Shown: positions 62,935-64,000 of the stretch, in pieces | Numbering within the stretch: position 1 is the first letter of the stretch | Layout of the letters: each line of letters starts with the position of its first letter | From: Lytechinus pictus | Taxonomy: Eukaryota | Length of the DNA: 64,000 nucleotides | Direction: 5' to 3' | NCBI RefSeq assembly: GCF_037042905.1 | Contig: NC_087263.1 | Coordinates: 10,914,001-10,978,000 of the forward strand | Position numbers and translations under genes: made by a program | Notes under the pieces: model-generated | Database searches by the model: none | What the model was told of the DNA's origin: nothing | What the model saw: only the letters and a program-made list of their open reading frames with translations

Positions 62935-62956
62935 GGTTAAGGTACAGTACACTTAC

Positions 62957-63112
62957 GTTCATTACACGTGTCCCCTCGCCATTCTTCAGTGCATATGCAG
63001 GTTGCTTCGCGCTGTGACTTGGAAGCCTGGCATTCTCCACCGTTCAAACACACCACGTTGTCGCAAACCTGGTTCTTTCGCTTGCAGTCTCGGCCTTCCT
63101 GGGCAGGGTCAT
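62957..63112 (-). CDS. EGF/TSP1 membrane protein exon: EGF-like domain (gene continues beyond this exon)
   Basis: tatttcag|...|gtaagt; DPAQEGRDCKRKNQVCDNVVCLNGGECQASKSQREATCICTEEWRGDTCNE with CLNGGxC...CxC...GxxC spacing; 156 nt, phase 1-1. Confidence 0.9.
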
Positions 63113-64000
63113 CTGAAATAAAAATAGGTAGAGAGGTGTCAATTGCCATCACACATGACACAATCGGTTATTAGTGTTTATAATGTAAACATGAAATGTG
63201 GACAGTGTTTATACAAAAATAGAAAGGAATATTGAAATCACGTGGCAGAATTTACTCCCCTTTCTAAAAATCATAATTTATCAACTCTAAAAATGTGGAG
63301 CAAAATAAAGTGGCAGGAATGTTTTCTATAAACGTAATTATTTTTTGAAAATAATTTAATTTAATATATGTGAATGATGTTTATTCTGAATAAACATTTA
63401 TTCTTTTACAAAAAGATTGTCGAAGAGTGCAGTTCCCTCCGAGAAGGAAAAACAGTGGCGTATTTGGACAGGTCGATCTAGCGAGGTGATTATACAGGCT
63501 CCCTTTAGCACCAGCGATGCCCTTTATCGTGTAATTAATTTTATTTTCCCAAACACCCTTTTTTATATTCGTTGATGTGCCAAGATCATGAAAGGTATGA
63601 CCGGCTGGTAATGTACTTGGTCATCGCTGAAGGTAAACATTATAGGCCCTAGCACGCTTCCCTGAGGTACAACATTTTATTTTTGAATACCTTCTTTTTC
63701 ACCCCTATATCTTCTACTGTTCTAACTGTTTCATTGCAATTTTGAATTCACTTTAAAGTTCACCTAGTTCTATGCATGAACCCAAAATCTATTTCCTCGT
63801 TTTAATTTCCATTATAAAACCATAAAAGCATTAAATGAATAACCAGCATGACCAATAATCAGTCATGTTTCTTTGTATAAATGATGATTTTCCTTGATAG
63901 ATTACATGTTATCAACATCCCATAAAAGTGATACACTAAAATTGGACAAAGAAAAGAGTCCTTAAGGCGGGGAAAATATTGAAAAGAGCGGTGTTAAAAT

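Overview
AT-rich, repeat-dense animal DNA with spliceosomal introns, almost certainly sea urchin (echinoid). The supplied ORF track misses or misframes most real coding exons. Main contents: (1) the last two coding exons (+ strand, 15516-15624 and 20306-20415) of a somatostatin/allatostatin-C-type neuropeptide precursor (SS1-type, predicted peptide GKCMGRFGPYMLNC), with an intron that is about 83% filled by a nested transposon pair; (2) a ~14.9 kb array of ~133 bp satellite monomers (27439-42321) with a fold-back monomer, layered higher-order repeats and three copies of a captured transposon end, joined on both sides to Helentron-associated (HINE-like) elements; (3) an internally deleted Penelope-like retroelement carrying a degenerate minimal hammerhead ribozyme (~49.5-50.2 kb); (4) the last nine coding exons (- strand, 63112 down to 56637) of an EGF + 4xTSP1 protein with a candidate transmembrane segment and a basic tail; (5) many MITEs, SINE heads and simple repeats, several of them nested. 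All calls come from manual reading. Family assignments rest on terminal sequence and target-site-duplication (TSD) signatures, not database searches.
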